DNA from: Camelus dromedarius
Taxonomy: Eukaryota
Reading direction: 5' to 3'
Length of the DNA stretch: 64,000 nt
Assembly (NCBI RefSeq): GCF_036321535.1
Contig: NC_087438.1
Span: 6,078,001-6,142,000 of the forward strand
Shown: positions 26,464 to 39,940 of the stretch, in pieces
Layout: the number at the start of each line of letters is the position of its first letter
Numbering within the stretch: position 1 is the stretch's first letter
The notes under the pieces: generated by a model
The model's input: only the letters and a program-made list of their open reading frames with translations
The model's database searches: none
Told to the model about the DNA's origin: nothing
Position numbers and translations under genes: made by a program

Positions 26464-26799
26464 ATTGGACTTCACAGTACTGCATGACCCACTCTCTTAC
26501 CAAGTTAGTGACTCCTTTGCCCTTGTCTTTCTGCTTCAACTTCTCTCCAAAACCCAGACTGTGATTAACATAACCAGCTATAATCTGCCTCCTACACCTG
26601 GGAGTTGAGCAGGACAAGGCAGAGTCTCAGTGGGGATGGAGGAATTCAGAATCATTTGGCTGGAACTACCACAAACGGGTCCTGTACAATCGATGGGCCC
26701 CTCAGTGCTTCATGATAGGTAACTGTATCCCCTAAGGCTGTTTCCTCTCCCCTCTACGATGATTATTTCCACCCGTTGCTCCCCTCCAAAGTGGAAGCT

Positions 26800-27005
26800 A
26801 AGGAGGAAGTAGGGTTCAGCAAGCATTTGAATCCTACCTCCACTATTTATTTGGCTTGGGCAAATTTCAGAGCTTCTAAGAGCTTAAGATTCCTCACTTG
26901 TAAAATGGAGAAAATAACATTTCCTTCAGGGTTGCCATAAGGATTAGAGACAATCAATAGAAAGCGCTAGTCACACTTGACGTGACATGTAAATGGTGAA
27001 AGCGT
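26800..27005 (+). mobile_element. MIR SINE
   Basis: TTTGAATCCTACCTCCACT..CTTGGGCAAAT..TTCCTCACTTGTAAAATGGAGA..AGGGTTGCCATAAGGATTAGAGA. Confidence 0.8.
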
Positions 27006-28589
27006 TACCAGGTCCCCCTTGTCAATTAACTCTCAAGGAAGGCAGCCTCACTTCTCACGAACAGGGTAAACAGGGGCCATGAAGTAAGACCTTTCTCAAC
27101 ATCCTGCAAGACCACTTAGTAACTACTCATTTCTTCTCCCTTCTCTTCTGTTGCATATTGTCCCTGCCCCCCTATAATGTAAATTTCCTGCCCTTATTTC
27201 AATGACTACATTTCCTTAACCAACCCCAACTCTATTTTTTCTTTAATTTCCACTGTTCATTGGTTCATACTCATTGGCTTTCAAACTAGTTTATACAGTA
27301 CAAAAACAACAATTTTCCCCAAAGGAAAATTTTGTGGCTTAGATCTTCTGTCCAAAACCATATTTCCTCCCTTATTATCACATCCTTTCTGTGATTTCAA
27401 AGGCTGTGGTTTTTACTAAGGTGTGCCCTTGGAAGTGAACAGGTCAGAGGGTTTTCACCCTTGATTCTGCTGGAGTTGCTGGTTTCATCATCCTGGGCCA
27501 CTCCGTTTGGTGTCTCAACATCGTTTTTGAGCATATGCATGCTCCTTCAAATCCCAGTGCTATCTGGAAGCCTCCGGTGTCCCAAATCTGTCACTGACAT
27601 CTTTTTCCAGATTCCAAAACCTCATTGCTATTGTTGCTCCTTTTGTATTTTGTGTTTTTTTTTTTAAACTAAATCTATTGGTGATTTCTGGAGGAAATAG
27701 ATTTATTTCTTATAGCTTAAATTCCATCTTTCAACTTATCCTAGCAATTGTGTATAATTTTTAATATGAGTGCAAAGTGACTCTCCTTTGTAAGTGGTTC
27801 TGGAAAGTTGAAATGGGCAAAGAAAATTTACCCATGACAGCCTGGATTGCCTTCTCATTATTTAGGTAAAAAACAACCTGAACTCTTCAGAACTACACAT
27901 AATGGACAAAATGGTGTTTTATATAACAAATTAAACATATCCCAAAGCAGCACCACTAATGCATCTAAATCCCTGCTATTGAAATGTTAAATTAAAGAAT
28001 CAACTAATATCTTACATATTAAGATGCAAAATTGAAAACTTACCTATAAAATATATAAATTGGTTAAAAAGAATTATCTAAAGCTTCTGTGTGAGGAGGA
28101 TAATTATTGGTAAATTCGCAGCTCTTAAGGCATTTGTTGTGGACAGTTGATCCGATGAACATTTGAGGGGAGTTTTATGATCCCTTTTTTTGTTACCCAG
28201 TTAAACTTCTCCTAAAAATACAATCAGAAATTTATGAGAAAGGAATCAGAACTCATTAAAGAGTAAAGCTGATATCAAATTTCTAATTTATGGACTTTCA
28301 AAATTTTAGCCTTCTGCCCTTTTTATTGATTAAAACGCTTATTCTTTGCTAATCTACACGGACACATTACTGAACTCTAATTTGTCCTTGCTAAACACAT
28401 CTGAAAGTAAAGGCGTCAGCCACACTAAACGACACCTACTTTTAAGGTTTTGTATTAAATATATCTACACGCCAACTGTACTTACATCAATAGCTTTATC
28501 CATGTTTAATCATTTCCTTGGACTTATACTTCTAGCAATATGGCAGATTAAACAGAAACGATTAGGTTTTGAGTGAATTGGAACAAATA

Positions 28590-28902
28590 TATTTTATTTA
28601 CTTTTTTCTTTCAGCTTTACTGAGATATAAATGACACACAGCACTGTATAAGTTTAAGGTGAACAGCGTGATGATTTGACTTGCATATGTCTTGACATGA
28701 TTATCAAAATAAATTTAGTGAACTTCCACAAATCTCAAATAGATACAAAAGAAAAGAAAAAAATTTCCTTGTGATGAGACCACTTAGCATTGACCCTCTT
28801 AACAACTTTCATATATAGTATGCAATAGTGTTCATTACTTTAATCATGTTGTTCATTATAGACCCTGAGTATTTATTTATCTTATAACTGGAAGTTTGTA
28901 CC
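28590..28902 (-). mobile_element. L1 3' end (L1MA9-like)
   Basis: T-rich tail then CAGCTTTACTGAGATATA..AAGTTTAAGGTGAACA..TCTTAACAACTTTC..TTTATCTTATAACTGGAAGTTTGTACC. Confidence 0.85.
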
Positions 28903-28904
28903 AT

Positions 28905-29339
28905 TCATCCAGCTGGGAAGACTCAAAATTGAGGTGACTTTAGAATAATCTGGGAGCATATTTACTCACATGGCTGGTGGGTAATACCTGGTTATCAGCT
29001 TGTACTCACATTGGGCTGACAACCAGACCAACTGCATAGGACCTCTGCACATGGGGTTTTATCTGTGCATCCCACAGGAGAAAACATTTGGGGTTCCTCG
29101 TAGTGTGGAGGCTGGGCTCTGAGAGCAAGTGTTCCAAGAGTGTGTCATTGTTATGACGTAGCCTTGAAAGTCAGCTAGCATCACATGTGCTCTGTTCTAG
29201 TGGTTGAGACAGTCACAAAGATCAAACCAATTTCAAGCTCAGGGAGCATATATGCCCCCCACTACCAGATGGGTTGAATGTCAAGGTCACATTACAGAAG
29301 AACATGTTGTGCCATCTTTAGAAAACACACTGCGTCACA
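28905..29339 (-). mobile_element. MaLR LTR (MLT1H-like), partial
   Basis: ACTCACATGGCTGG, TAGCCTTGAAAGTCA..AGCATCAC, GTCAAGGTCACATTACAGAAGAACATG..GCCATCTTTAGAAAA..CACA. Confidence 0.75.
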
Positions 29340-29832
29340 GAGGATAAAATCCATGAGAGAGGCTGAAAAAGTCTAACATATGAATAATCAGAATCCCAGA
29401 AAGGAAGAAGATAGCGGCAGAGAAGAAATTTTCAAACAGAAAGCAATTGAGAATTTTTCACAAGAATGGAATACATGAATCTACCAGGAATCACAGTTTA
29501 TACCAGTAAGGATTTTTTAAAGAGAAAGTGTACCTTTCCATATTTAATAAAAGATTCAAACAAAAGAAAAAAAATGGAGGAAATTCTTAGGACAAAAGAA
29601 GAATAGAAGAATCACCTAATAAAATAAGGGATGGCTCCTCAGGCACAAAAACAGAAGCCAAAAGGCAGGAAACTATGTCACCAAAGTGCTGAGAAAAAAC
29701 TGCTCTCACCCTGACACTGTCTTTGGAGCAACACTGCATTTCATTAATGAAGGTGAGCTATATTTCAGGTCATCAAAAACTGAAAAAAATTACCATCTGT
29801 CAATCTCTACTGAAGAATTTTAAAGGATGTAT
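29340..29832 (+). mobile_element. Old L1/HAL1 ORF1 fragment
   Basis: AAGTCTAACATATGAATAATCAGAATCCCAGAAAGG..GAGAATTTTTCA; A-rich ORF1-type sequence. Confidence 0.55.
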
Positions 29833-29834
29833 AT

Positions 29835-30005
29835 TTTTGTAATTTTTTAGCTTTACTGAGGTAAAATTGCCATACAGGAATTGTATCTATTGAAGGTGTA
29901 CAACTTGATGTTTTGATACATGTATACATTAAGAAATGATCCACATAATCAAGCTAACTAGTGTATTCATCACCTCAGTTAGTTACCTTTTTTTTTTTTT
30001 TTCCT
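29835..30005 (-). mobile_element. Short L1MA-type 3' end
   Basis: TTTTAGCTTTACTGAGGTA..AAGGTGTACAACTTGATGTTTTGATACATGTATACATT..AATCAAGCTAA..TCATCACCTCA..TAGTTACC. Confidence 0.8.
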
Positions 30006-30074
30006 TATCAATTGATTTTCGCCACTTCTCAATTCATAATTTTTTTGGTTTGGGCTCGATTCTATTATGATGTT

Positions 30075-30513
30075 TTTCAATTAAGACTCAACTTTTTAGG
30101 AAATAAAATTCAAGGCAAAACTGGGAGGAAGGCCAGAGATTCCCCAAATACACCTTGTTCTCCCATATTCGTAGCCTCCTCCATTACCAGCATTCCCCTC
30201 CAGGGCAGTACATTTGTTACAACAGGTGAAACTATATTGACACATGATAATTACCCAAATGTCATATTTTACATCATAGTTCACTCTTGTTGCTTTGCTT
30301 TCTATGGGTTTGAACAAATGTATAATATGTACCCATCATTATAGTTTATACAAAGTATTTTCACTGGCTTAAAAGTCCTCTGTGCTCTGCCTATCCACCC
30401 CCCATCCCAACCTCTAAACCCTAGCAGCCACTAATCTTTTCACTGTCTCCATAGTTTTGACTTTTCCAGAATTTCATATACATGGAATCATACACTCTGC
30501 AGCATTTTCAGAT
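30075..30513 (-). mobile_element. L1MC1-like 3' UTR
   Basis: GTACATTTGTTACAA..GACACATGATAATTACCCAAA..GTTCACTCTTGTTG..TCTATGGGTTTGAACAAATG..CCACTAATCTTTTCACTGTCTCCATAGTTTTG. Confidence 0.85.
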
Positions 30514-31346
30514 ATATATATTTTTCATAATTAGTAGGTGCTTTTAAATGGGTGTCTGGGTTGGTGACCTCAGGAAACAAACAGGAGAGAGGATCTGGAA
30601 GAGGTTCTTCTTTGAGGCATGGGAAACACTGTTATGGATACTGTCTTACAACACAGGGAAGGACGTTACCAATCATTCTTTATACTGTGCTTGTAAATAT
30701 GTAGAACGGAGCCAGGGCTAATCTCTGTTGAAGCTCTGCTGTATTTTCCAAGTTTAATTCATCTCTCAGTATATCAACAACAAAACAGGATCAACTCTTG
30801 TTTTCACCTTTCCCTTACTGGAGTCTTTATCTTGTTACCATGGCAACTCATTCCACAGATCTGATAATAATTAAAAACTAACCAGGACAGCCTCCTCACC
30901 TACTGAAATTGGGAAATAAACCCTCCAAAGTACAAAGACAGGTAAACACTAAGCCAGCTGCCAAAAAAATGTTTAAAGTTGTACAACTCCCTGTAAGGAG
31001 GAAATATATTAAAGATAAAATTGTTTGAGCATTTAATGGTTAATTCTGCTAAAAAAAAAATCCTTGTTGACCACAATGTGAATTAATAACATATTTTACT
31101 TGACTCAGAATTATTATATGGATTTGGGGTCTGGTTATGCTTTGTATTTAGAGAAGTAAGATGACAATTTGCCAGGTATTAATCTTTTGAACACATAGGA
31201 AAATATACCGTACGAAGGACAAGTCCATGTTCACTCTCCTTACTCTTAATCTCCAACCACTGGTAGCCAGTCCAGTTCCTTCTCTATAAAAAAAGCAATT
31301 TTAACTGGGTGTGTGTGTGGGTGGGTGGGTGGGTGGGAATATATAT

Positions 31347-31516
31347 CAGAACTCCTTGACCTGGCATTGTTGACGTCTGGGGCTAGATCATTCTTTGCCG
31401 TGAAGTGCTGTCCTGCAGAATGTTTACAAGCATCTTGACCTCTGCCCACTAGAGGCTTCTAGCATCCACCCCCATCTCAGCTCTGTCAAACAAAACCCTG
31501 TCTAGACAATGCCAAC
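31347..31516. mobile_element. MER20 (hAT-Charlie) MITE
   Basis: GGCATTGTTGACGTCTGGGGCTAGATCATTCTTTG..GCTGTCCTG..ATGTTTACAAGCATC..CCTCTGCCCACTAGA..CAAAA..GTCTAGACAATGCCAA. Confidence 0.8.
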
Positions 31517-31867
31517 AGAGCCTGCTGTCCCAGAGCAATCTTCTTTGACCTTATTTTCGTTCCACTCCACCCATACTTCAATGAACATGGGTCTCCTGCA
31601 AAAAGGTTCAGATCTCAGCTTACACCTGAGATGGTAACAGGCCAGAAAAAGCTCCCGCAACCATGATTGTGGGGGCATATTCAAGAATTTCAAAACTGCC
31701 ACAGCAGGATTGGCTCCGTGCACCCTCGCAGCATCTCTGCATATGCCACAGGAGGTGGAAGTTCCCATACATGGACTGAGTGTGTTGCAATCTCTCTAAA
31801 GTGGAGAATGGCTGAAACTCTTACTATGAAAGATCAGAAAAAAATTTTTCAAATTAAGCCCGACTTT

Positions 31868-32130
31868 CATACACTGCTGATAATGTAAGTTGGTGCATCT
31901 TCTATGGAAGGTAATTTGGAAGTATATATCAGAATTGTTAAGTGCATATGACCTTCAGTCTAACAATTCTGTATCTAACGTATTCTGTCAATCTGCTTGC
32001 ATACGTGTAAAATGATATATTTGCAAATATTCTCAAAGAAGCTTTGCTGGTGATCGCAAAATATGGGAGGCAACCTAAATATTCTCACAAGTGTGATCAT
32101 GTTAATAGATTATATCCATAAAACAGACCT
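31868..32130 (+). mobile_element. L1ME-type ORF2 3' fragment
   Basis: CATACACTGCTG..TGTAAGTTGGTGCATC..TGGAAGGTAATTTGG..GGCAACCTAAAT. Confidence 0.6.
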
Positions 32131-32509
32131 GTAATAAAATCATACTTCATTGTAGATCCACTTATATTTTGTGAATTTTAAATTGTGTGAATATACCACC
32201 CAGACAAAAATGAAATATAATGAGCCAATATTCTTGTAGAATAAGCGAGAATACCTAGTTATGTAGCAAAAGCCCATTGATATTAGTATCACTTTAATTT
32301 AAAATATATTTTATCTTAACATATGTGAGATAGAAAAAATTATATTTTGAAAACCATTTTCAATTAGATTAATTGAAATACGGGTAATAAACCCACTGAC
32401 ATTGTGGTAACATTCCAATACTTCTGTTCCTGCTTCTTCCATTAGTTTTATTAGCCTGGGAAACAGCAGAAACGAAAGGACCTAAGAAAATTAGCAAAGT
32501 GTGAGCAGC

Positions 32510-32890
32510 TTCACAACCTTTGCCAGCAACTGATTTTTTTCTGTTTTTAAGGGGGATGAGGTCATTCTTATAAGTGTGCAGTAATGTGATTTTAATGTGT
32601 AATTCCCTAATAACTAAATATGTTAAGGAAACTTGTTTATCACCTGTATCACTTTGGTTTCCATTTTTGTTTTTATTGTTTTGTTTTATTGTGTCTTTTT
32701 TTCCTTTGTCATTTGGAGTTCCTTCCATATTCTGGTTACCAATTCTTCATCAGGAATATGTTTTGGAAATATTTTCTGCCACTCTTTGGTTTTCATTTCC
32801 ATTAAAGTGTTTGAAAAAGCACACATTTAAAATACTGATTAATGACACTTATCTATTCTTTTCTTCTATGGTTCCTGCATCTTTTCTGGG
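32510..32890 (-). mobile_element. Old L1 ORF2 fragment
   Basis: TTTTAATGTGTAATTCCCTAATAACTAA..GGAGTTCCTTCCATATTCTGGTTAC..GAAATATTTTCTGCCACTCT. Confidence 0.6.
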
Positions 32891-34519
32891 TTACTTGGAG
32901 CCTGTTCTGTACAAGCACAGTTAAGGGGGCAGCCAATAATTGGGGAAGATGAGACAGAACTTATTGTTCCCCCTCTTTGGCTCTATCACGTACAGAATTT
33001 TCTCCTTCACTCTCCTCTGATATTTCGGCCAGTAAAACTGTAGATTTTTACCAGAAATTTAGCCACTTCACATGGGAACAACTGTGGTCTGCCATCAGGG
33101 AATAAACAACAAACTGGGAAACTAACTCAGTGTCATTACTTTCTTTCCAGTGTCAACATTCCTCCCACCTGCTTTGGGTTGGTTTAGTTACTTTGGACTT
33201 GTTTCTTTCTTTTTTTTTCCCCCCCAGTTGTTTATTATTATCCTAGGATGAGTTATTCCAATACAAGCTATTTCGTTATTACCTGAAGAAGACATCCTTT
33301 TGGTGGTTTTACTTCTGGGGAAAGAAGATTTTACCACTAAGTATATTAAAAGGAATTTATTTCAAGAAAGTCAGTAAAGGAAGAGCAAATTTATAATTTC
33401 CCAATGATAAATAACATAACACGAAAGTGCAATGATATAACTATGTAAGCAGAATTGACAGTTTTTTATTCTAAATTTACTTCTAAAAAAAGTAATTCAT
33501 GAGCATTCCAAATGTGTGGGGTTTTTTGTTTGTTTTTTGGGAAATGGGTCTATATTCTTTAAAAGTGCATAAAGTGAGGGACTATTGCTAGAAAAAAAAG
33601 AATGATAATTGGACTGGGAATGATGGTAAGTGTAAATTGAAGAAAGAAGAATTAAAGAAAGCAACTTTATTTATTTCAGTTCTCCAGTGAATTTCTCATT
33701 TTGCATTACCAGTCACAAAGAAAATCAATTTAATACATGATTAAAATTTTGAAATGTTCGTAATTGTTTTGTTCTTCACAGAATTCTAAAGTGCATTATG
33801 CTAATAAAATTCATGCCATAACTATTATTACTATGCAAAGATGAAAAGAAGTATACTTTTTTTGCACCATCCAGAAATAACATACACTGTTTTCAGTCCT
33901 CCTCAGGCAGCTATTAGAAATGTGCCTGTATATTTTCAAAGTGTTTCTGAATTGATATAATAATAATTATTTTCTGCTCTGTGACATATGTTTTAAGTTT
34001 AGTCAATGGAGTTGAAATGTAAATACTTCCAGATTTGTGTCCATTCAATTAATACTTGTAAATATCTTAGTACATAAAACAAAAAGTTACTATTTTTAGA
34101 AGCATGACAAATTCTTTTGATTTTCAAAATGATAAAAACATAGCTAATGCATACATTTTTAATCTCAGAGAAATAACAACATATGGCATATAATAGTAAA
34201 TTACTATTTATATGAAATTCTCCTACTTTAAAAAAATCGAGGCATATATCATGACATTCAATATTCACAGTGATGTTTCTAAGGTCCTGCAAAATTTTGA
34301 CTCTTAGGTAAATCAATGCTTCTCAACCTGCCAGCATCCCAATCAATGAAGAACTTCTGAAAATAAGACTCAGTCATAAATACGTTTTTAAAAAATTTCC
34401 CTAATCATAATGTATAAACAAAATTAATAATTACTAATAAAGCTCACCAAAAAGAGGTGCTTATTATATCTCAAATGTTGTTTTTCTGATAAATATATGT
34501 ATATAGGTACATATTTAAA

Positions 34520-35690
34520 CTATTCTCTTTGCTTTTCCATTTTGGTTATTTCTAATAACATATCCTCAAACTCAGAGATTCTTTCCTCAACCGTGGTCCA
34601 TAGATTAACGAGTCCAACAAGGAATTCTTTGTTTCTGTTGCATTGTTTTCGTTCTCTAGCCTTGTGTTTTGATTTCTTTCTTAGAATGCTCCCCTCTCTG
34701 CTCACATTCTCCACACGTTCTTGCATGTTGCTCACTCTTTCCATCAGCGCCCTTATTATATAGATCATAGTTGTCTTAAATTCACAGGCTGACAATTCCC
34801 ACATCCCTACCATTCCTGGGTCTGGGTCTGAAGCCTTCTCTGACTCATTAAATTGTGTTTTTTACCTTTTTCTTTGCCTTGTAATTTTTTTGAAATGTGG
34901 ACATGATGTACTGGGTAAGAGGAATGCAGCCATGGGCCTTCAGGAAGGTAGTGGTGAGGTGTCGGTGAGGGGCAGTGTGCTACGGTGCTGACTAGCCCTC
35001 AGCCTTCTGGTGAGTGCACACTCTTGGGCCGTGAACTTCCGTCAGTGCTTCTCAGCTATTACTTCCCTCCCAGGTGGGACAGGATGGACAGAGGGTCTGG
35101 ACGTGGATGTGTCTCTCTCCTCGTGTTCAAGGCTGGCGAGAGCTAGACTTGGGCACTTCTCTTCCCCAGGGCTTGTGAGACACATAAGAATCCAGCAAGG
35201 TCGACTCTGGTAAAATAATTCATCTCGAGGGCAGACCTGGTTAAGGATGCTCTCGTGCATTTACTTTTCCTCTCTCCCGGCTGGAAAACTAAGGGCATTT
35301 TCCTCAGATCTTCACTGTGAGAATCTGTTAGAGTTCAGGAAGTAAAACCCAAAAGCCTTGGGGATCCTCATGCTCCCTGTGAAGTTTTAACTCGCAGATC
35401 TGTCCACACTTAGTCCCCACAATCTGGCAGTTACGGTCCTTGTCCTCCTACCCTAGCATGGCTCCCTGCGAGGTGTCTGCTCCTGCTCCCGGGTTTCTGT
35501 GCAGGTTAGCCGGGAGTCTCTGCGTCTGCCGCTCTGTTTCTCCAATTTTGAAGGCAGTGGTTTGTCCTGTGACCACACTTCTCTGAGGGATCAAAGAAGA
35601 GTTGCTGATTTTTGAGATGTTCAGTTTTTCACTTGTTGTTAGGAAGCAGTGATGAATTTCTGAACTCACGTGCAGAAAACAGGACCCTCG
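34520..35690 (-). mobile_element. L1MC/MD-type 5' UTR and ORF1 N-terminal remnant
   Basis: ORF 34520-34813(-) ..ELSACEFKTTMIYIIRALMERVSNMQERVENVSRE..TVEERISEFED..ITKMEKQRE is an ORF1p coiled coil; 5' UTR motifs AAGAAGAGTTGCTGATTTT and TTCACTTGTTGTTAGGA. Confidence 0.85.
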
Positions 35691-36621
35691 AATTCAGTTT
35701 TGATTTGTATGCTACTTCATAGAGTAACCTTCAGACAGGTAAGGGAAGGAATAAATTTTAAATATAAACTCACTTTTAAATATTGTCATTGAAGTGCCAT
35801 GAGATGTATGTACGGGTTTCTAAGTTGTTCTATTTATTTTTTCAAGTGTGATGTATATGGTATGAAAGAAAAACATATGCAGTTAAGCATTTATCAGTCC
35901 TGGTGTTGAATATAAGTTCACTGAACACTACATTTTGCTGTTAGACAACATTAAAGAGTAAGTTACAGGATTATATCCAGTGTCATATTATTAAATACCT
36001 TTGAAATGGAAAATTTTTTACTTTGTGGAGTTTTTACTCACCTAGTATGACTTTTCAGCAGAAAAGGAAGGTATGAAATCCGGATCCCTCACAAATCTTG
36101 GTTTTCTTTAAGAGATGCCCCCCTGCAATCAGGCATCAAATCAATAATCAGAGATTTTAATGGACAACATCATGTTAATTTTAAGAACAGGTTTAAGAAA
36201 GGAAGACATTTCTGATATTAGAGAAATGTACTGAGTTTGTGGCTAGTGTTCCTGTAGAGCTGGGGCCACAGGAAAAGGAGACGTTTCCACCCCAGGCCAC
36301 TCTTCACTGTGGATGGATCCAGGTCAGAGGAACTGCTCTGAGAAGGCCTGTTGCACCATCTTTTTAAAAGATCCTGTCACATCTAATCACAGCCTGATGT
36401 GAAGTGATGTGTTGAAGAAATTTTTGTTTTAATTTTTAAGCTTTTGAAGCAATATGTAAAGCAATCAGATTAATAATTTACTTAGTCTTTTAAAGTGGTG
36501 GTCATATGTGGAGATGTCATTACTGACTCACCCAAAAACCTCTCTGCACTTAAAAAAACAAGATGCAAATGTAAGTCCTCAACCTCTGGCCGCGCTCAGT
36601 GCTCTCTTATCCCTGACTCTA

Positions 36622-36659
<38 letters not shown>
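36622..36659. repeat. (TC)n(AC)n compound microsatellite
   Basis: Directly visible. Confidence 0.97.
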
Positions 36660-36661
<2 letters not shown>

Positions 36662-39650
36662 ACACATGCACAAACCAGAAAATCTAAATTCAGCAATCAA
36701 AATTCATTCCCGCTTCATCTTACATTAATTCTTCATAGGTGTTAAAAAAAAAAGTTTATGTGGTGATCTCTGAGTTATTTGGATAAAAATTCAAATTATT
36801 TTCTACTTATATTGTGCTAAATTGATTTAAATTAATAATTTAATTTAGTTATATTGTGTTATTGTGTAACCAGCTACACAAGGTAAATGATTTCTACTCC
36901 GTTTGATCCTTCATATAGTGAACAAATAAGAAATGGGACTTTTAATATATACGTTTGCATCATTGAAAAAATGAAGATTTATTTTTAATATGAAAACACT
37001 GAGAAATCTAAAAATTGACCTGAAATTCTGTCCAGAATTAACATAAGTAGTTATTTTATCATTCTATAGACAAAATATAGAACATTCAGGGTGAAATACC
37101 CTATTATTATCAAAATTGCCCAATTTTATACCACAAAAACATTATTTCACTGAAACATGTAAGGGATAAAATTATTCTGTTTATGCTGCTCTTTGACGAA
37201 CAAACTAGGAAATATGTAATTGTAATTTAATATACAAAAAACAATTTACATGTATCAACATTTTTATCTAAGCTAATCGCCTGAATTTAATGATATTTTC
37301 ATTTTGTTTTAGCTATAAAGTCTCACTAAAAATATGACTTAAAATATATCATAAAATAGCAAATGTTAAAGTAAAAGCATATGTAATTAAAAAGATTTTT
37401 GCAGAAAATCATCTATTATTGTACCAAGTATTTCTCAAGTTTCATGATATGTACTTCATAAGTTACCATTTATAACAGGGGAACAAACTCAGAAAATCCA
37501 TCCTAAATTATTTTTTCCCCACTGATTAATTACAGAGCTAAATGCTGATGCAGTTGGAATATTTCCTCCTTATATATATTTTTCCCTGAGGGTAGTTTGA
37601 CGATATTTACACTTCAGTCAATAATTTAAAAAGCTTGCATCACAAAATATTCAAACTCAGACAGAACACACCAAGCAGCTCCCAGTTCACAGCTTTACTT
37701 GTGGACTGACTGATCCATTGATTGATTCACACAACATCCACCTTCAGAGAGGTTTTAAGGAAACTCACATCAGCACACACAATGTAGTAAGATAAAACAC
37801 CATGGAACTCAGTGGACCTGGAGAACAGGCCGTTTTTTTACTCATACATCCTTATCAGGCACTGCTCCGCAGGTCACACAGTGCTAGTGAAGCACCCTAA
37901 TTGTTTGACAGAGAAATAAAAGGATTCATCAAAGAGAACCTAACCACACTGAGTCACAGGCTGCAGAACGTTCTAGAACGTCACCTGTGGGAAGTCTGAC
38001 CACTCGCGGGGCTGCAACTTGGGCAGTTTTGCATCTGGCAGACATTTCACAGGCGGCCACCTGACCATCGTCATATATACCTGCCTGCAGACTCTTACTC
38101 TGCTTCCTAAAGTGGGGGTGTGGTCTTCCTAACCACAAGCTCACACGGAAGAAGCAAGAATGGAATTTAAGTTGCCAGTGCTGTGGGAGCTTAGGAAAGG
38201 GCAACCAGGACACTAAAATGCTCCCTGCTGTGGACCTAGGCTGTGCCGCTGGCGGGGCAAACAGCCATCAGCCCCCTCAGCCCCGAAGGAGAAGGACCAC
38301 AGCCTCAGGCCAGGCCACCAGCACACTCGTTTTCTCAGGGAACTGATTCAAACAGAGCCTAGTCAAAGGGCTCTTTATGGCTACATACGACCTCTTGATT
38401 TGTCCTATTGGTAACATTTAAACTTCCAGTCAGTGAAATTATGCTCAAATTTAGTTTTATGAAAGTCCCCATTACTTTCCCAAATTTACTTGCTTCATAG
38501 ATGTGTAATTTTATACCACTTCTCAAATGTGAGGCAAAATGAAAACTTTGACCGGATAAAAATTGTCCATTTTGACAAACCAGTGACTTACCCTTTTCTT
38601 TCCTAAATTCGATAGGACAAGTGAAGCCTAGGAATGTCATCAAACCTCTATGTTTTCCCCAAATTCTACTCTGCCTTCTTTACTCAGCCCACTGGTCAAT
38701 GGATTATTCACCAGGTGCTTAGGGTGGGACCCGGGCTAGACCCCAAAGACACAAACCCTACAGGACCTACCGTGACCTAGATGGTCATAAAATTCTAGCT
38801 TCACTGGGGTAGATTGTCTAAACAAGTAAGTAAATAAATCGATAAGGGAATGATTCAAAACAGTGATGTCTGCTGTAAAAGCGGTAAATGGTGCTGAGAC
38901 AGAGAGTACAAGCAGGTGGGAGTGGTGCCGAGTGAGCCGCACAAGCCCCAGCAAGGGCAGGCGCTGGGCTGGGCTGGGAAGGAATCCGGAGATGGAAGAC
39001 CAGGGGGTTAGGAATTCCGGCTCAAGGACTCTGGGCTAATAGCCTCTGATCTGTTTTCTGACACTGTGACTATTTACCCTGGTCTACAGTACAGCAGGCG
39101 TGAGTATACAGAGACGGTCTGTTTACCTTCCCTTTTCTTTGCTGTCCCTTTTACAGTGCATGTCTCACCTCCGTTCCTAACCCAGCCTGCATTTCTCTCC
39201 ATTCTGGAAGAACTCACTGGGCCTGACGCAGGACCCACATTACCTTTTAAGTCCTTTCTGATCTGAGGCCCGGGGAACCCCATACGCGAGCTCATCTAAG
39301 ACAGGAGGTGTGCTCTGCGCTAACACAGCCTTCAGTCCGGCCCCCGCGTGTGTCAGCAACACAGGAGTCCAGACCGCGGAGCTATCAAAGGAGGCAGCCA
39401 CCGAGAGCACCGCCACTCCCACCGCCAGAGTCACACACCAGCACCCAGCCTGTGTCGGTTACGGGGATATTGCTGTACTGATGAGGGCACAGCCTTGTTA
39501 TCTGAGGACCGGCCACCAAAGCTTCCAATCACAGATGACCCAGCTTCATCGACTCTTCTGTTGCTGACAACCTCATCTTCAAATTGTAGGTGTAATGTAC
39601 ACTCACCCTCCACCCCACTACTGAGAGTTGTTTTATTTTCCCTATGAATC

Positions 39651-39940
39651 TGTGGTGGAGGCAGACTAATGCCCCTCAGAGATGTCTACATCCTGATCCC
39701 CGGGTCCTGAGATTGTCACCTTACATGGCAAAGCAGGGGCTTTGTAGGTGTGATCGCGTGAAGGACCTTGAAATGGGGAGGTAATCCTGGATTTCCCGAC
39801 TGGGTCCAGTCTAACGACATGAGACCTTGATGGCAGAGAACCTTTCCTGGTGTGGTCAGAGAAATACGTAACAGCATATTTCAGATCATATTATTGGATG
39901 AGAGAGATACAGCATTCCTGGCTTGGAGGATGGAGGGAGG
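39651..39940 (+). mobile_element. MaLR LTR 5' part (MLT1D/E-like)
   Basis: TGTGGTGGAGGCAGACTAATG..AGATGTCTACATCCTGATCCCC..ACCTTACATGGCAAAG..AAGGACCTTGAAATGGGGAG..ATCCTGGATT. Confidence 0.85.

Noticed and set aside
34520..34813. 97-aa coiled-coil ORF as a host gene
   Set aside because: It is an L1 ORF1p remnant contiguous with an L1 5' UTR.
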